A stretch of DNA of 64,000 nt, from NCBI RefSeq assembly GCF_046119375.1, contig NW_027362770.1:191394001-191458000 (forward strand), in the 5' to 3' direction. Under the pieces are notes generated by a model. The model saw nothing but the letters and a program-made list of their open reading frames with translations. It searched no databases and was not told the origin of the DNA. Position numbers and translations under genes: made by a program. Position 1 is the stretch's first letter; each line of letters opens with the position of its first letter. Shown piece by piece: positions 1 to 11,272 of this stretch. Origin of the DNA: Phyllobates terribilis (Eukaryota).

Positions 1-349
1 GAAAAAATATCAATCACGCCAGTTTTTTAAACCCATTTACCAATCCCCGTAAATAATCTGATCACTGTGCTGTGTTGTTGATCGTTAGGATTACAGAGAC
101 ACCAAATATGTCTGTTATTTGCTGATTTGTGATGTTTATTACTTTTTAATAACGCAAATTAAAACTGACATTATTGTAATTGTTTTTCATTATATTTCAG
201 TAATTAACCAGAACACACCATTATGGGTTAATAATCCTAATAAATTTAAACTACCTCTACCTGTAATGATCTGAGCACAAAGTAGGAATCCGTTTACGCA
301 TAAGGATCAGAGCACTTATGTTAACTTAAAGATGTAATTCCCCTTCCAA

Positions 350-364
350 CCACTAGAGGTCGCT
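350..364 (+). promoter_or_regulatory. CTCF-like motif (CCACTAGAGGTCGCT); mirror copy near 49262-49276 on the - strand
   Basis: One mismatch to the CCACYAGRKGGCGC core, matched by eye only. Confidence 0.3.
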
Positions 365-875
365 ATAGGGATTCCCTATATTATTCTATTTAGCTGCCTG
401 CTCTGTTAGAAATGACTGCGCTGAAGTAATCACTGAATGAACAACTAAATGCAAGCGGCGTCTCACGTGTTAGTGGAGGCGCTGTCCTTGTGGATAGGAG
501 CGTGTGCAGCGGTGTATTAGCACAGCTCCTACCGTGGATAACGCTGCACACAGTCAGATATCACCAGAGGGGATTATACAGGCTGTCATTTAAGCGCAAT
601 GTCAGTATGCGGCAGACCACATGAATGTTTCACAGGAGACGCTGCACTCATTGATTTACAGTGTGCACGGCGGTATTTATTCATTGCGTCTGACATAACT
701 TGCATTTGCCTGTATGATCTGAATAACGACAGTGTGTGTCTGCCAAAGGGCTGTCGAGGAAGAAGTTCCTTCCATATCTATATACTTGACCTAACTCAGT
801 TTAGGCTGGCTATCCCTAAAACCTGAGACATGTTTCGCCAGTATATGTCGGCTTTATCTAAGGGCCCAGCCTCCA

Positions 876-1265
876 CACTCATACGTTCCTCACCCAATTG
901 CCTCCAAGACTTCTCCCGAGTGTCCCCCATCCTCTGGAATTCTGTGCCCCCACACATCACTATCTGCCACACTCAGACCCTTCAGACGGAACTTGAAATC
1001 CCACCTCTTCAGGACGGCTACAGCCTGCAATGACCCCGCTGCCACCTCACCACCACCGGAGCTGCCGCAACCCCCTACCCGACTGTCTCCTTCCCCACTA
1101 TCCTGTATACTGTAAGCCCCCAAGGGCAGGGCCCTCTCCTTTCTGTACCAGTCTGTCATTGTTAGTTTGTTCACCGTGTTTAATACTTGCATCCTGTATG
1201 TAACCCCTTCTCATGTACAGACCATGGAATTACTGCTGCTCTAAACATAAATAATAATAGTAATA
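876..1265 (+). mobile_element. L2-clade LINE 3' fragment; mirror copy at about 47700-48105 (-)
   Basis: Similar to the 3' ends of the L2 copies at 6010-6500 and 19870-20215, and ends in a CATGGAATT...TAATAAT tail. Confidence 0.7.
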
Positions 1266-1728
1266 TTACTTTTTATTTTTAATACAGATTGTTATATGGA
1301 AAAAAAACATTGAACAAAGAAAAACCTGATTTATACATAGATCATTGTCTGGTGACGGCTTCACCGTAATCTTATTATAACGGGAATTGCTGAGTATCAG
1401 TGATTCATGTTCTCTCCTGAAGATTTAGAGCTGGAGCGGCCTCTGCTGGTAACACCCAGTACTGCACAACAGATGGAAGCATTATTCTTAGTTCTGCCAG
1501 TAGGTGTCATTAGCGCTCAGTGTCACAGAGAGATCAGGAGACTGAAAAGCAGAATCTGGGGAAATAGTGAGAAAGTACAAATACACGGATGTATATATAA
1601 ATATATGTATTTTCCATAGTTTTGCATTATTTTCATCTTCAAACCAACAATCTAATAATATTTGTTCCAGATGTAACTGAGGGTTAATAATGATCTCCCG
1701 ATATAAAATTATCATTTACTATTTGTAT

Positions 1729-1733
1729 AAAAA
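1729..1733 (-). terminator. Pol III oligo-T terminator (T5) of 7SL copy 1
   Basis: AAAAA on the + strand directly after the 7SL 3' end. Confidence 0.8.
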
Positions 1734-2030
1734 GTCTGTGTCACGCTGTGTTGTCCAGGCTGCTCTACACTGGCTATTCACAGGCGCGGTCCCACTACTG
1801 ATCGGCACGGGGGTTTTGACCTGCTCCGTTTCTGACCTGGGCCGGTTCACCCCTCATTAGAGCAACCTGGTAGCTCTGAGCTCCCCCAGAGTCACCATAT
1901 TGATGCTGAACTTAGTGCGGACACCCGATTGACATAGCACAGGGCAGCGCAGAACTCCTGGACTCAAGCGATCCACCAGCCTCAGCCTCCCAAGTAGCTG
2001 GGATTACAGGCGCACGCCACCGCACCCAGC
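1731..2030 (-). ncRNA. RN7SL: 7SL / SRP RNA gene copy 1 (CpG-eroded variant)
   Basis: About 300 nt colinear with vertebrate 7SL. It has the Alu-domain 5' end, the S-domain GTGTCCGCACTAAGTTC, helix 6 with a GGAG tetraloop, a helix 8 GAAA loop and a T5 terminator. Confidence 0.93.
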
Positions 2031-2073
2031 AATCCTGAGTGCTGCTATTAATGATTAGAGGCTGCAGGAGCGG

Positions 2074-2081
2074 TGACGTCA
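2074..2081 (-). promoter_or_regulatory. ATF/CRE site (TGACGTCA) at -51..-44 of 7SL copy 1
   Basis: Perfect palindrome at about the position of the upstream ATF/CRE element known for human 7SL genes. An AT-rich TATA-like patch lies near -20. Confidence 0.8.
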
Positions 2082-2091
2082 CCGGGAACCA

Positions 2092-2107
2092 CAGCGCCAT
2101 CTAGTGT
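2092..2107 (-). promoter_or_regulatory. CTCF-like motif (ACACTAGATGGCGCTG) upstream of 7SL copy 1
   Basis: Close match to the CTCF core by eye. Mirror copy at 32209-32224. Confidence 0.45.
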
Positions 2108-3547
2108 CTGCTGGATGAAGCTGCTATACACTCAGTTACATGTGTCAGTGGACACCTTCATGTATGTGTTGGAGGCTTCTGACAAATCACAGATACAAAT
2201 GTGATCAGAGTCTTATTTTTGCAGTTTGGTTCCACTACCAGATCCATGTTCTAGGCTTGGTTATGTTACTGCTGTTTATAAATCTCAGGTTCACCACAGC
2301 AAATCGGACACGTATTTACAATAGGATCTATGGATCTCTGCCACTACTGTGCCGTGCTCCCTGTATACCCCAACTGAGCGCAGGACTCCTGGGGGGCACA
2401 GTCCACATCATGACGGGGAGGTTTTTACATTTTTGTAGTTTCATTTTAATTCCCTTCTTCTAAGAGAAATTAGCATATAAAGTGGATATAAAACGTAACT
2501 TTTTTAGTATTTGCTGACGCCATTTTTTCTGACCATTGTCAGTTTATGATCCCATACAGGGACACGGGCAATTTTCTCAGTTTTATGGGTTCTATGTATT
2601 TATGTGTACTCTCAATATTTCATATTGAGGATTGCCAGTTTTTATCTTTTGATAGTAAAAGTTAAGTTTTATATCCACCTTATATGCTAATTTGTCTTGA
2701 CCTGTGGATTTGGCAAGGTAGGGATTTTGTACATATCCCCTCCCTTACTTCGTTTTCTCTATTCCTTCATCTAAGAGCCAAAACTGTGTAATTTTCCTAT
2801 CACCATATCCGTGTGAGGACTTGTTTTTTGAGACACCAGCTGTAGTTTTAAGCGACACCATTAATTTTACCATATAATAAATGTACTGAAAAAGGGGGGG
2901 GGGGATCCAAAGGGGCGACCTACATTGTTATTTGGGTTTTATTTTTTAAGGTGTTCGTTGTGCGGTAAAGATGATCTGGCAACATAAGACTGTGGTAGTG
3001 TTTGACCGAACTTCCAAGATATTTTTATATTTTAGTAATTAAGAAAATTCAGAATTTTGTGAAAATAAAAATTCATTTTGTGTCGCTACTTTCTGAGACA
3101 GGTCACATTTTTATATTAATGAACCTGTGTGAGAGGTTTTTTGTGCACTGAGCTGCAGTTTTTATTGATATTTTGGTGAAATCCATGAGAAGTTATGATT
3201 GCCTTTAATAGTATTTTTTTTAGGAAGTCCAGGGAACAAAAAACAGAAATTCTGCCATTTTATTTTTTTCCTTTTCAGCTTTTTTAACATTACAGTTACA
3301 GATGTGGCGATACCAAACATATGCAGAAAGCATGCTGATAGGTTCACAGTGAAGGGGAATTTCTCAGACATTTATGACATGGATATGCACGGCCAGGAGC
3401 AGACATACCGCCAGTGCAGCGGAGATGGAGGGGGACCCTTTCAGGGCTGTAATAATGAGGGAAATCTGGCCTGTTGCTCGGAGCCCGAGGCTCTGGAGAC
3501 GGAGAGGTAAGTGTTTATTTTTTTCCCAGTACACAGAAAGAAGACAA

Positions 3548-3700
3548 TATGGGGGAGAGAACACTCTGATGGATGTGGGGGAGAGGACACTCTGATGGGT
3601 GTGGGGCAGAGGACACTCTGATGGGTGTGGGGCAGAGGACACTATGATGGATGTGGGGCAGAGGACACTATGATGGAGTGGGGTAGAGGACACTATTGTG
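3548..3700. repeat. About 26-bp VNTR (GAGGACACTCTGATGGGTGTGGGGCA), about 5.5 units
   Basis: Direct reading. The mirror array at about 30460-30722 has about 10 units. Confidence 0.9.
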
Positions 3701-4441
3701 ACATGCAGAAGTAGTGCTGTTGCTTCAAAAGCATCCAACAACTATTAGAATTAACAAGCACAGGAGACAGGAAGTGTTGTGCTCCAAATGCATCCAGCAA
3801 CTAGAGGGCTACACGTTAACACAGTCACAGGAGACAGGGAGTGTTTTAGCAAAGCCCCAGGGGGATTGTTGGGAAGTTGTTTACTGTCTGGCTGGAACCG
3901 AAGAGAAAGTGGGTGTGTGATCTGTATTTCAAGGGAACTGAATTCGAATTCAAGTCAGGAGGGAAGCTAAACACAGGTTAGATAAACTCCCTGAGCTAAC
4001 AGTGTGGAGTATTATCGGGCAGGAAGATAAGGACTGGAAGGAATCATGTCATAGGGATCTTCTCCCTCATCAAACCCTCCCCCCTCCATCTCCATGCAGG
4101 ATAAAGAATGCTGTGTATTATTGAGTGCTTGTGAAGGAAAAGCCGGTGGTTGTGTATGCATTGAAGTGTGCTGCGAAAAGATCTAATCTGTGCTGAATTA
4201 TGCTACTGAAGAGACTGACATTACTGTGCCTGTTTTGTTAAACATTATTATTATTTATTTTTGTTTTATTATTGATTTTCCTTAAAAGACTTTGTAGAAA
4301 AAAAGAACTGTTAAAGCCTAGTGAGAGACATCTTATTGAAGACGTGCGAAAAACTCCAGCTGAAGAGATGCTGATTGTTTTAATATTGTTTATTCCTTAC
4401 AGGCGTCCTACAAGTAAAAGGTTGTAAGAATAGGTTGTTAT

Positions 4442-5700
4442 TAGTGATGAGCGAGCACTAAAATGCTCGGGTACTCGTCGTTCGGGTCGAGCAAATTGGA
4501 ATGCTTGAGTGCTAGGACCGAGTAACGAGACCAATGTAAGTCTATGGGAAACTAGCATTTTTCCGGCGGTCTGCAGAGGGCCTAAAAATTGCCCAAATTG
4601 ATGGGAAGAGTGCTCAAATGACCTGGGATCAGCAGGGGGAAGACCCCTGGAAGCATTTCGGACACCCAGATCACTGCTGTCAACAATGTTGTCAGAGGTA
4701 TTACGCCACTTTTACGGACTCACAATAAAACATGCAAAAATTAAACCAAAATGGATTTTTCTGGGAAATATGTTAAGGAACACCCTTTCCAAGGTAATGA
4801 CTTGTATATAAGGCAAAATAAATGAACAAAAATAAAAATGCACCTCCACACCTTGGGCTATGTTCACACGTAGCGTTTTTGATGCGTTTTTGCACTTTTG
4901 CATTGCTTTCAACCAAGACAAATTCATTCACTGGGAAATGTCATTTTAACATTTCACAACCTTATCTGGCCATGTGTTGTGTGACACATGCATACAGAGC
5001 TGAAAAGACATAGGAACAGCATGGGGATGACCCCTGGAAGAATCTCTGACTCCCAGGTCACTGCCTAAAAGTGTGCCTATCATAAGTGATCCTTGGCGCA
5101 TGCGAAGATGCCTCCCACCATGCACCTGTCATTGCAGACTTGCAAAAATCACCGTCCATGTCCTTGTTCCAGCGAAGCTTTCAGTTGTCCCTACCCAATT
5201 CCTTGGAATGCAAGCGCAAGTATGCAGCCAGCCACCCACCCACAGGCTGCCATACTATACTGCCAAATTTTTCACAGCTGCTTGTACTTGAAATGTGACC
5301 TTTTAGTCTCATGAAGGCGACGGCCGGGTGTCCATACTCGGTCCTCAACCGCCATTATTTCTCCCGGTGTAGTCTCCGCCTTCCACAAGCACGGGTCCCA
5401 GAACTTTATCCGTGCCCTCCCCAATGCACTTACTGGGAAGGACCACCCAACCAAAAACATGTGGACAGGTTAATGTGGCCAGGGATGGTACAGAGCCAGT
5501 CCACATTAAAAATGCAGCCATAGAGTGTCCGGGAACCTTCCCACACACTTTTCTTAGCCAAGTATCAGCTCTTTACAAATTCTGTCACACATGTAAATAT
5601 AGGCAGACGGTAAGGGACTGGATTCGGTGATTAATACATGTCCCAATTCTTTTCTTTATAAAGCGTGTTTTTGGATTGCACCAAATTTGTCATATTTCTG
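4442..5700. mobile_element. Non-autonomous hAT-type element fragment, terminus TAGTGATGAGCG
   Basis: Same terminus class as the TSD-flanked element at 34461-40021. The far end was not found, so the right boundary is a guess. The mirror copy at 29422-29712 is truncated. Confidence 0.5.
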
Positions 5701-6009
5701 TTGTATAAGTACAGTAATAAGTTACGCCAAAACATTTTACACATTTCATCATTCCTCATTTTCTAGTCTCTTTACAACACAAAGTAAATTTTTTTTGATA
5801 ATAATAAATTTGATGTCATCTAAAAATGTAAAAAAAAAATAACAAAATGGCATCCTGATGATTGGTTGCCCAAGACATGCAACTCCAACCCGTACTTAAG
5901 AGATTGTCTATTTTAAAACTGATGATTGATATTATAATAGTAGAATATGTTCTTTAGAGGAAGCTGCTACAGTTCTCTTGATGACGTATATCTTTAGAGT
6001 GTTGAATAT

Positions 6010-7455
6010 AAATTATTTATTATTATTGCGTCATTTATTCCATGGCGCTTTACATGTGAAAAAGGGGTATACATAACAAAAACATTTACAGTAATCTTGA
6101 ACAAAACGTGACGGCGACTGGTACAGGAGGAGCGAGGACCCTGCCCGCGAGGGCTCACAATCTACAAGGGATGGGTGAGGATACATTAGGTGAGGGTAGA
6201 GCTGGTCGTGGAGTGGTATGGTGGAGCGATGGTTAATGCAGGTTGTAGGCTTGTCGGAAGAGGTGGGTCTTCAGGTTCCTTTTGAAGGTTTCCACGGTCG
6301 GCGAGAGTCTGATATGTTGGGGTAGAGAGTTCCAGAGTAGGGGGGATGCATGGGAGAAATCTTGTATGCGATTGTGGGAGGAGGAGATAAGAGGGGAGAA
6401 GAGAAGGACATCTTGTGAGGATCGGCGGTTGTGTGCGGGTATGTACCGGGAGACTAGGTCAGAGATATATGGAGGAGACAGGTTGTGAATGACTTTGCAT
6501 GCCATTGTTAGGGTTTTGAACTGGAGCCTTTGAGCACAGAGAGGAGAGGCCGGGGAATAGCAGGGGGACAGGTGGATTATTTGGGTAACAGAGTTTAGGA
6601 TAGATTAAAGGGGTGCAAGATTGTTCGTAGGGAGGCCACAGAGCAGGAGGTTGCAGTAGTCAAGGCAGGAGATGATGAGGGAAGGCACTAGTGTTTTTGC
6701 AGATTCGTGGTTGAGGAATGTGCGGATCCGGGAGATATTTTTGAGTTGGAGTCGGCAGGAAATGGCAAGGGCTTGGATATGTGGTTTGAAGGAGAGTTTA
6801 GAGTCCAGGGTTACCCCAAGGCAGCGAGCTTGAGGGACTGGGGAGACTGAACAGCCATTGACGTTGATAGATAGGTTAGTTGGGAGGGTTGAGTGAGATG
6901 GCGGAAAGATGATGAATTCTGTTTTGTCCATGTTAAGTTTTAGAAATCTAGCAGAGAAGAAGGATGAAATAGCGGACAGACATTGTGGGATTTTGGTTAG
7001 TAGGGAGGAGAGATCGGGTGCAGAGAGGTAGATCTGTGTGTCGTCGGCATAGAGGTGATAATGAAAGCCATGAGACTCTATGAGCTGTCCCAGGCCTAAG
7101 GTGTAGATGGAGAAGAGTAGGGGTCCTAGAACTGAACCTTGGGGGACACCGACAGATAGGGGGCGAGATGAGGAGGTGGTGTGTGAGTGTGAGACACTGA
7201 ATGTCCAATCTGCTAGGTATGAGGAGATCCAGGATAGGACCAAGTCTGTGATGCCGACAGATGAGAAGAGAGTCTAGAGTAAGAGGGAATGGTCCACTTT
7301 GTCGAAGGCAGATGACAGGTCCAGGAGGACAGAGTAGAGTCGCTTGGATTTGGCTGTTAGTAGGTCGTTGGTGTCTTTAGTCAGTGCAGTTTCAGTAGAA
7401 TGGTGCGGTCAGAAACCAGATTGTAGGCGGCCGAAGAGGGAGCAGGAGGTGAGGT
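6010..7455 (-). mobile_element. L2-clade LINE, 5'-truncated, decayed RT with intact 3' tail
   Basis: ORF 6605-7243 has [10 protein letters not shown] and YADD RT motifs, ORF 6233-6505 is the ORF2 C-terminus, and an AAT-rich tail lies near 6010. Confidence 0.9.
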
Positions 7456-7592
7456 CCAAGGTTTTCTAGAAAAAGATACCTCCAAGAATGCCAACTCCAG
7501 AAAGGATAAGGAAACTCATCAAAGCCAGTATTGCTTCTCATTTTGGATAGCAGCATGTTCTAGTGGGTATGCTAGATAGGTAACAGAACCAA

Positions 7593-7845
7593 GGGCAGCA
7601 TGGTGACTCAGTGGTTAGCATCGCAGCTTTGCAGCGCTGGGGTCCTGGGTTCAAATGCCACCAATGACCACGTCTGTAAGGAGTTTGTATATTCTCCCAG
7701 TGTTTGCATGTGTTTCCTCCCAGGCTTCAAACACATACTGTAGGGAATTGAGATTGTGAGCCCCATTGGGGACAGCAATGATAATGTATGTAAAGCACTG
7801 CAGAAAATGAAGGCACTATGTAAGCAACCCAAAATAATAATTTTG
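7593..7845 (+). mobile_element. tRNA-derived SINE (V-SINE-like) with L2-type tail
   Basis: A-box TGACTCAGTGG (7604-7614), B-box GGTTCAAATGCC (7648-7659), and a central GGAGTTTGTATATTCTCCC...GTTTCCTCC domain. Confidence 0.75.
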
Positions 7846-8129
7846 CTGGTACAAAACTGAAGCTCACTGATTAGACATTGGCATTTGATCCAAGCTTCAT
7901 ACATAGCGAAAGTACAAACTTTCAAAGAAAATTAGGCAAAAATACTACCAATGGAAATATATATTTATATACACTCCTCAACATTGGAATTGCAACACCA
8001 AGAAGGACAAGCTGTAAGGTTATACAAAATGAAGAAGTAGCAGGTGTAGCTAAGATCTGCAAGTGATCAAATGTTCAAACACCGAGCTCCAATCTGTGGC
8101 GTGTGAGAGGAGCATAAAAGCCAAAATAA

Positions 8130-8950
8130 AGGCCATTTTTTTTAGCTACATAAAAGCTCAAACTTTATACCAAGTCTTTTGGGATGATTCTGCAATAGTT
8201 CCTGTTCATTGATGTGCCATTTGTCGCAAACTGAGAGGGACACAATCCATGAACTGAGGCACCTTGGTTTATCACTTTTGGTCGCTACTTGCATAGACTG
8301 AGATGTCCTCTCTGTTTAATGTTGCATGTTCCATTGGTTGAGATATCAATGATGGACTGGAATGACAGCAAGGGTTAAAAGGAGGCGAATCTCTGCACGG
8401 ATGGATTGTCAAATTATAAGGATGGTGCATGGTGATCTATTCGGGGCTGCAAATGAAATTGGAGATCACACCCCAAGCCTAACGCATGAAAATATTTTCA
8501 CGACATTGGGTTAAGACCCAGACATCCACCTAAAGGTGCTTCATTGACCTTACCCCACTTCTCTCAAAGACTATCATGGCGCAGATCCAGGCGGCATTGG
8601 ACATCTATCCTCTTTTGCGATGAGTCCCTCTTTTCTCTTGGATGCAATGATAGCCTATGATAAGTCTGATAACCATATGAGCTGTGCCATGAAGAGGCCT
8701 TCATGAGAGAACATCACACCAATCCTACCCTGTGATTATGATGTGGGGTGGCTTAATGCATGCTTGCCGGACTTCTCTAGTCTTGATTTCAGATATACTA
8801 ACACTTAGATTTAGTTACTTTAATTTGGCATTACATTGATTTGATGGTGGCATCAGAGTTAGGGTAATTTCTCCAAAGTGTCCCAGGAGCCATCATTTAA
8901 CACGACAAAACCAGGCCCCATGTTGCTGGTGCAACTGTGAGCAGTCTGCG
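8130..8950 (+). mobile_element. Heavily decayed Tc1/mariner-like fragment
   Basis: Only scattered motif-like remnants such as a DNARPHV-like stretch near 8905-8925. No ORF or TIR. Confidence 0.3.
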
Positions 8951-8963
8951 TGAACGAGACATA

Positions 8964-9810
8964 CACACATGGTCAAAATTGTTGGTACTCCTCGTTTAAT
9001 GAAAGAAAAACCCACAATGGTCATAGAAATAACTTGAATCTGACAAAAGTAATAATAAATTAAAAATCTTTGAAAATGAACAAATGAAAGTCAGTCATTG
9101 CTTTTCAACCCTGCTTCCACAGAATTTTAAAAAAAATTAAACTCATGAAATAGGCCTGGGCAGAAATGATGGGACCCCTGAAAATAATGTGACAAAAGGG
9201 ACATGTTAAATCAAGTTGTGTCCACTAATTAGCATCACAGGTGTCTACAATCTTGTTATCAGTCAGTGGGCCTGTATACAGGGCTACAGATACTCACTGT
9301 GCTGTTTGGTGACATGGTGTGTACCACACTCAACATGGACCAGAGGAAGCAAAAGAAAGAGTTGTCTCAGGAGATTATAAAGAAAATTCTAGACAAGCAT
9401 GTTAAAGGTAAATGTTATAAGACCATCTCCAAGCAGCTTGATGTTCCTGTGACTACAGTTGCACATATTATTCAGAAATGTAAGATCCATGGGACTGTTG
9501 CCAACCTCCCTGGACGTGGCCGCAGGAGGAAAATTGATGACAAATCAAAGAGATGGATAATACGAATGGTAACAAAAGAGCTCAGGATAAATTCTAAAGA
9601 GATTAAATGTGAACTTCAAGCTCAAGGAACATCAGTGTCAGATAGCACCATCCGTTGTTGTTTGATCCAAAGAGGACTTCATGGGAGATGACCAAGGAGA
9701 TCACCATTGTTGAAAAAAAATCATAAAAAAGCCAGACTGGAATTTGCCAAACTACATGTTGACAAGCCACAAAGCTCCTGGGAGAATGTGCTATGAATAG
9801 ATGAGACAAA
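8964..9810 (+). mobile_element. Tc1-like transposon, left end and N-terminal transposase (cut by DIRS)
   Basis: TA plus a CACACATGGTCAAAATTGTTGG terminus. The HTH-type ORF from 9314 (YKTISKQLDVPVTTV, GRGRRRK) has an in-frame stop at 9691 and breaks off at the first catalytic D motif (DETK). Confidence 0.85.
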
Positions 9811-11272
9811 AAGCCTTAGTTACTTACCGGTAACGGGATTTTTCGGAGCCCATGACAGCACCATGAGAGAGAGGATCCGCCCATCAAGGACAGGAAACCT
9901 ACAGGTTAAAAAGGGCGGCACCTCTCTCCCGCCTCAGTTTAAGTTAACAGAGCATGAGAGGACCGCCATGGTTAATTACAACAAGATAAAACACAACATT
10001 CAATTTAAGCCAACGACTTTAACTAACTTCCCCCGTGGGTGTAAAAAGAAGGAAACAACCTTATGGGGGTGCAAAACACCAGTGTAGGGAGGCAATATAA
10101 GGGTGCTGTCATGGGCTCCGAAAAATCCAGTTACCTGTAAGTTACTAAGGCTTTATTCGTACTCCCATGACAGCACCATGAGAGAATTACAGAGACGAAG
10201 GAGATTAGGGAGGGTCCACAGCCCGAAGCACCCTTCTCCCAAAGGTGAGATCAGAGGAGTTGCCCAAATCTAACCTATAATGCCTATAGTAGGTGGAGGG
10301 AGAAGACCAGGTGGCAGCCTTACATATGTCTTCAATGGAAACCCCTGTCTTCTCAGCCCAGGAAGTTGCTACTGCTCTGGTGAAGTGTGCCCTCAACCCT
10401 TCCGGTACTTCCTTATCTCCCGAGGAGTAGGCGAGGGTGATGGCTTCTCTAATCCACCTCGCAATTGTAGATTTTGAAGCTTTACAACCCTTCGTAGCCC
10501 CCTGATGGCATATAAATAGGGAACTATCTTTCCTAAAACTCTGGGAAACCTCCAGATATTTAAGCACGCACCTTCTAACATCTAATGTATGTAGTTTCTC
10601 CTCTTTCTGATTTTTAGGGGGGAAACAAAAAGTTGGAAGATTTACCTCTTGAGTTCTATGAAAACGTGAGACTACTTTTGGAAGAAAAGCCGGGTCAGGT
10701 TTTAGTACAATTCTATCATCCATAATTTGAGTAAATGGTGGGGACATAGAAAAAGCCTGTATGTCAGTTACTCTTCTGGCCGAAGTTTGGGCTGTTTTAA
10801 GAAGAATAATTTTATGGGTGGCTGAATCTAGAGGTTCGAAGGGGGTGTTAGTCAAGGCATTTAAGAACAGGTTTAAATCCCAGGGAGAGGGTCTGGATTT
10901 AATAATAGGTCTACACCTGAAAGAGGCTTTTATAAACCGTGCTACCCAATAATTAGCTGCTATATATCCAAAGAAAATAAGGCTCCTAAAGCCGAAACTT
11001 GTACCTTCAACGTACTAGTGGTTAGGCCCTGTTCTAGACCCAGCTGTAGAAATTCTAGTATCTTCCCAATAGGGATCCCATCCTCTAGTCTGAACTCTGC
11101 AAAGGACAGGAACTTTCTCCAAGTTCTAGCATAAATGCGGGTGGTAACGGGCTTTCTGCTACATAGGAGAGTGTTTACTAAATTTGTGGAAAAACCTTTG
11201 CTGGAACAGTGCCCTTTCAAATTCCATGCCGTTAAATGGAGATTTGAGGCTGGAGGATGGGAAACCGGACCC
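9811..11272 (-). mobile_element. DIRS1-type retrotransposon 3' portion (terminal repeat, ICR and tyrosine recombinase)
   Basis: The terminal repeat at 9811-9950 is complementary to an internal region at 10104-10190. YR ORFs lie at 10205-10855 and 10960-11220. Confidence 0.9.
10205..11220 (-). pseudogene. DIRS tyrosine recombinase, interrupted
   Basis: LHTLDVRR, RAHFTRAVATSWA and AATWSSPSTYYRHYRLD match the DIRS YR catalytic region. The reading frame is split. Confidence 0.85.

Larger units (their letters stand above)
1..4733. repeat. Left arm of a large inverted segmental duplication (runs off the window start)
   Basis: The reverse complement matches 29422-32717, 44597-44623 and 47555-49635. 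Checked at several anchors, e.g. 1-17 vs 49619-49635, 4441-4470 vs about 29685-29715, and the 7SL copies. Confidence 0.93.

Noticed and set aside
1900-2030. Primate Alu element (also 32286-32370)
   Set aside because: The sequence continues into the full S domain with no A-rich linker or tail, so it is 7SL itself.
3199-3970. Host exons suggested by short ORFs and a GAG/GTAAGT donor at about 3508
   Set aside because: No recognisable domain, and the ORFs are disrupted differently in the mirror arm. Such donor-like motifs recur inside the non-autonomous elements here.
5850-5940. CTGATGA motifs as hammerhead cores (also 52187, 52258, 52329)
   Set aside because: No helix II plus GAAA partner or helix I pairing nearby.
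7593-7670. tRNA gene
   Set aside because: A and B boxes are present, but I see no cloverleaf, and it continues into SINE body and L2-type tail.
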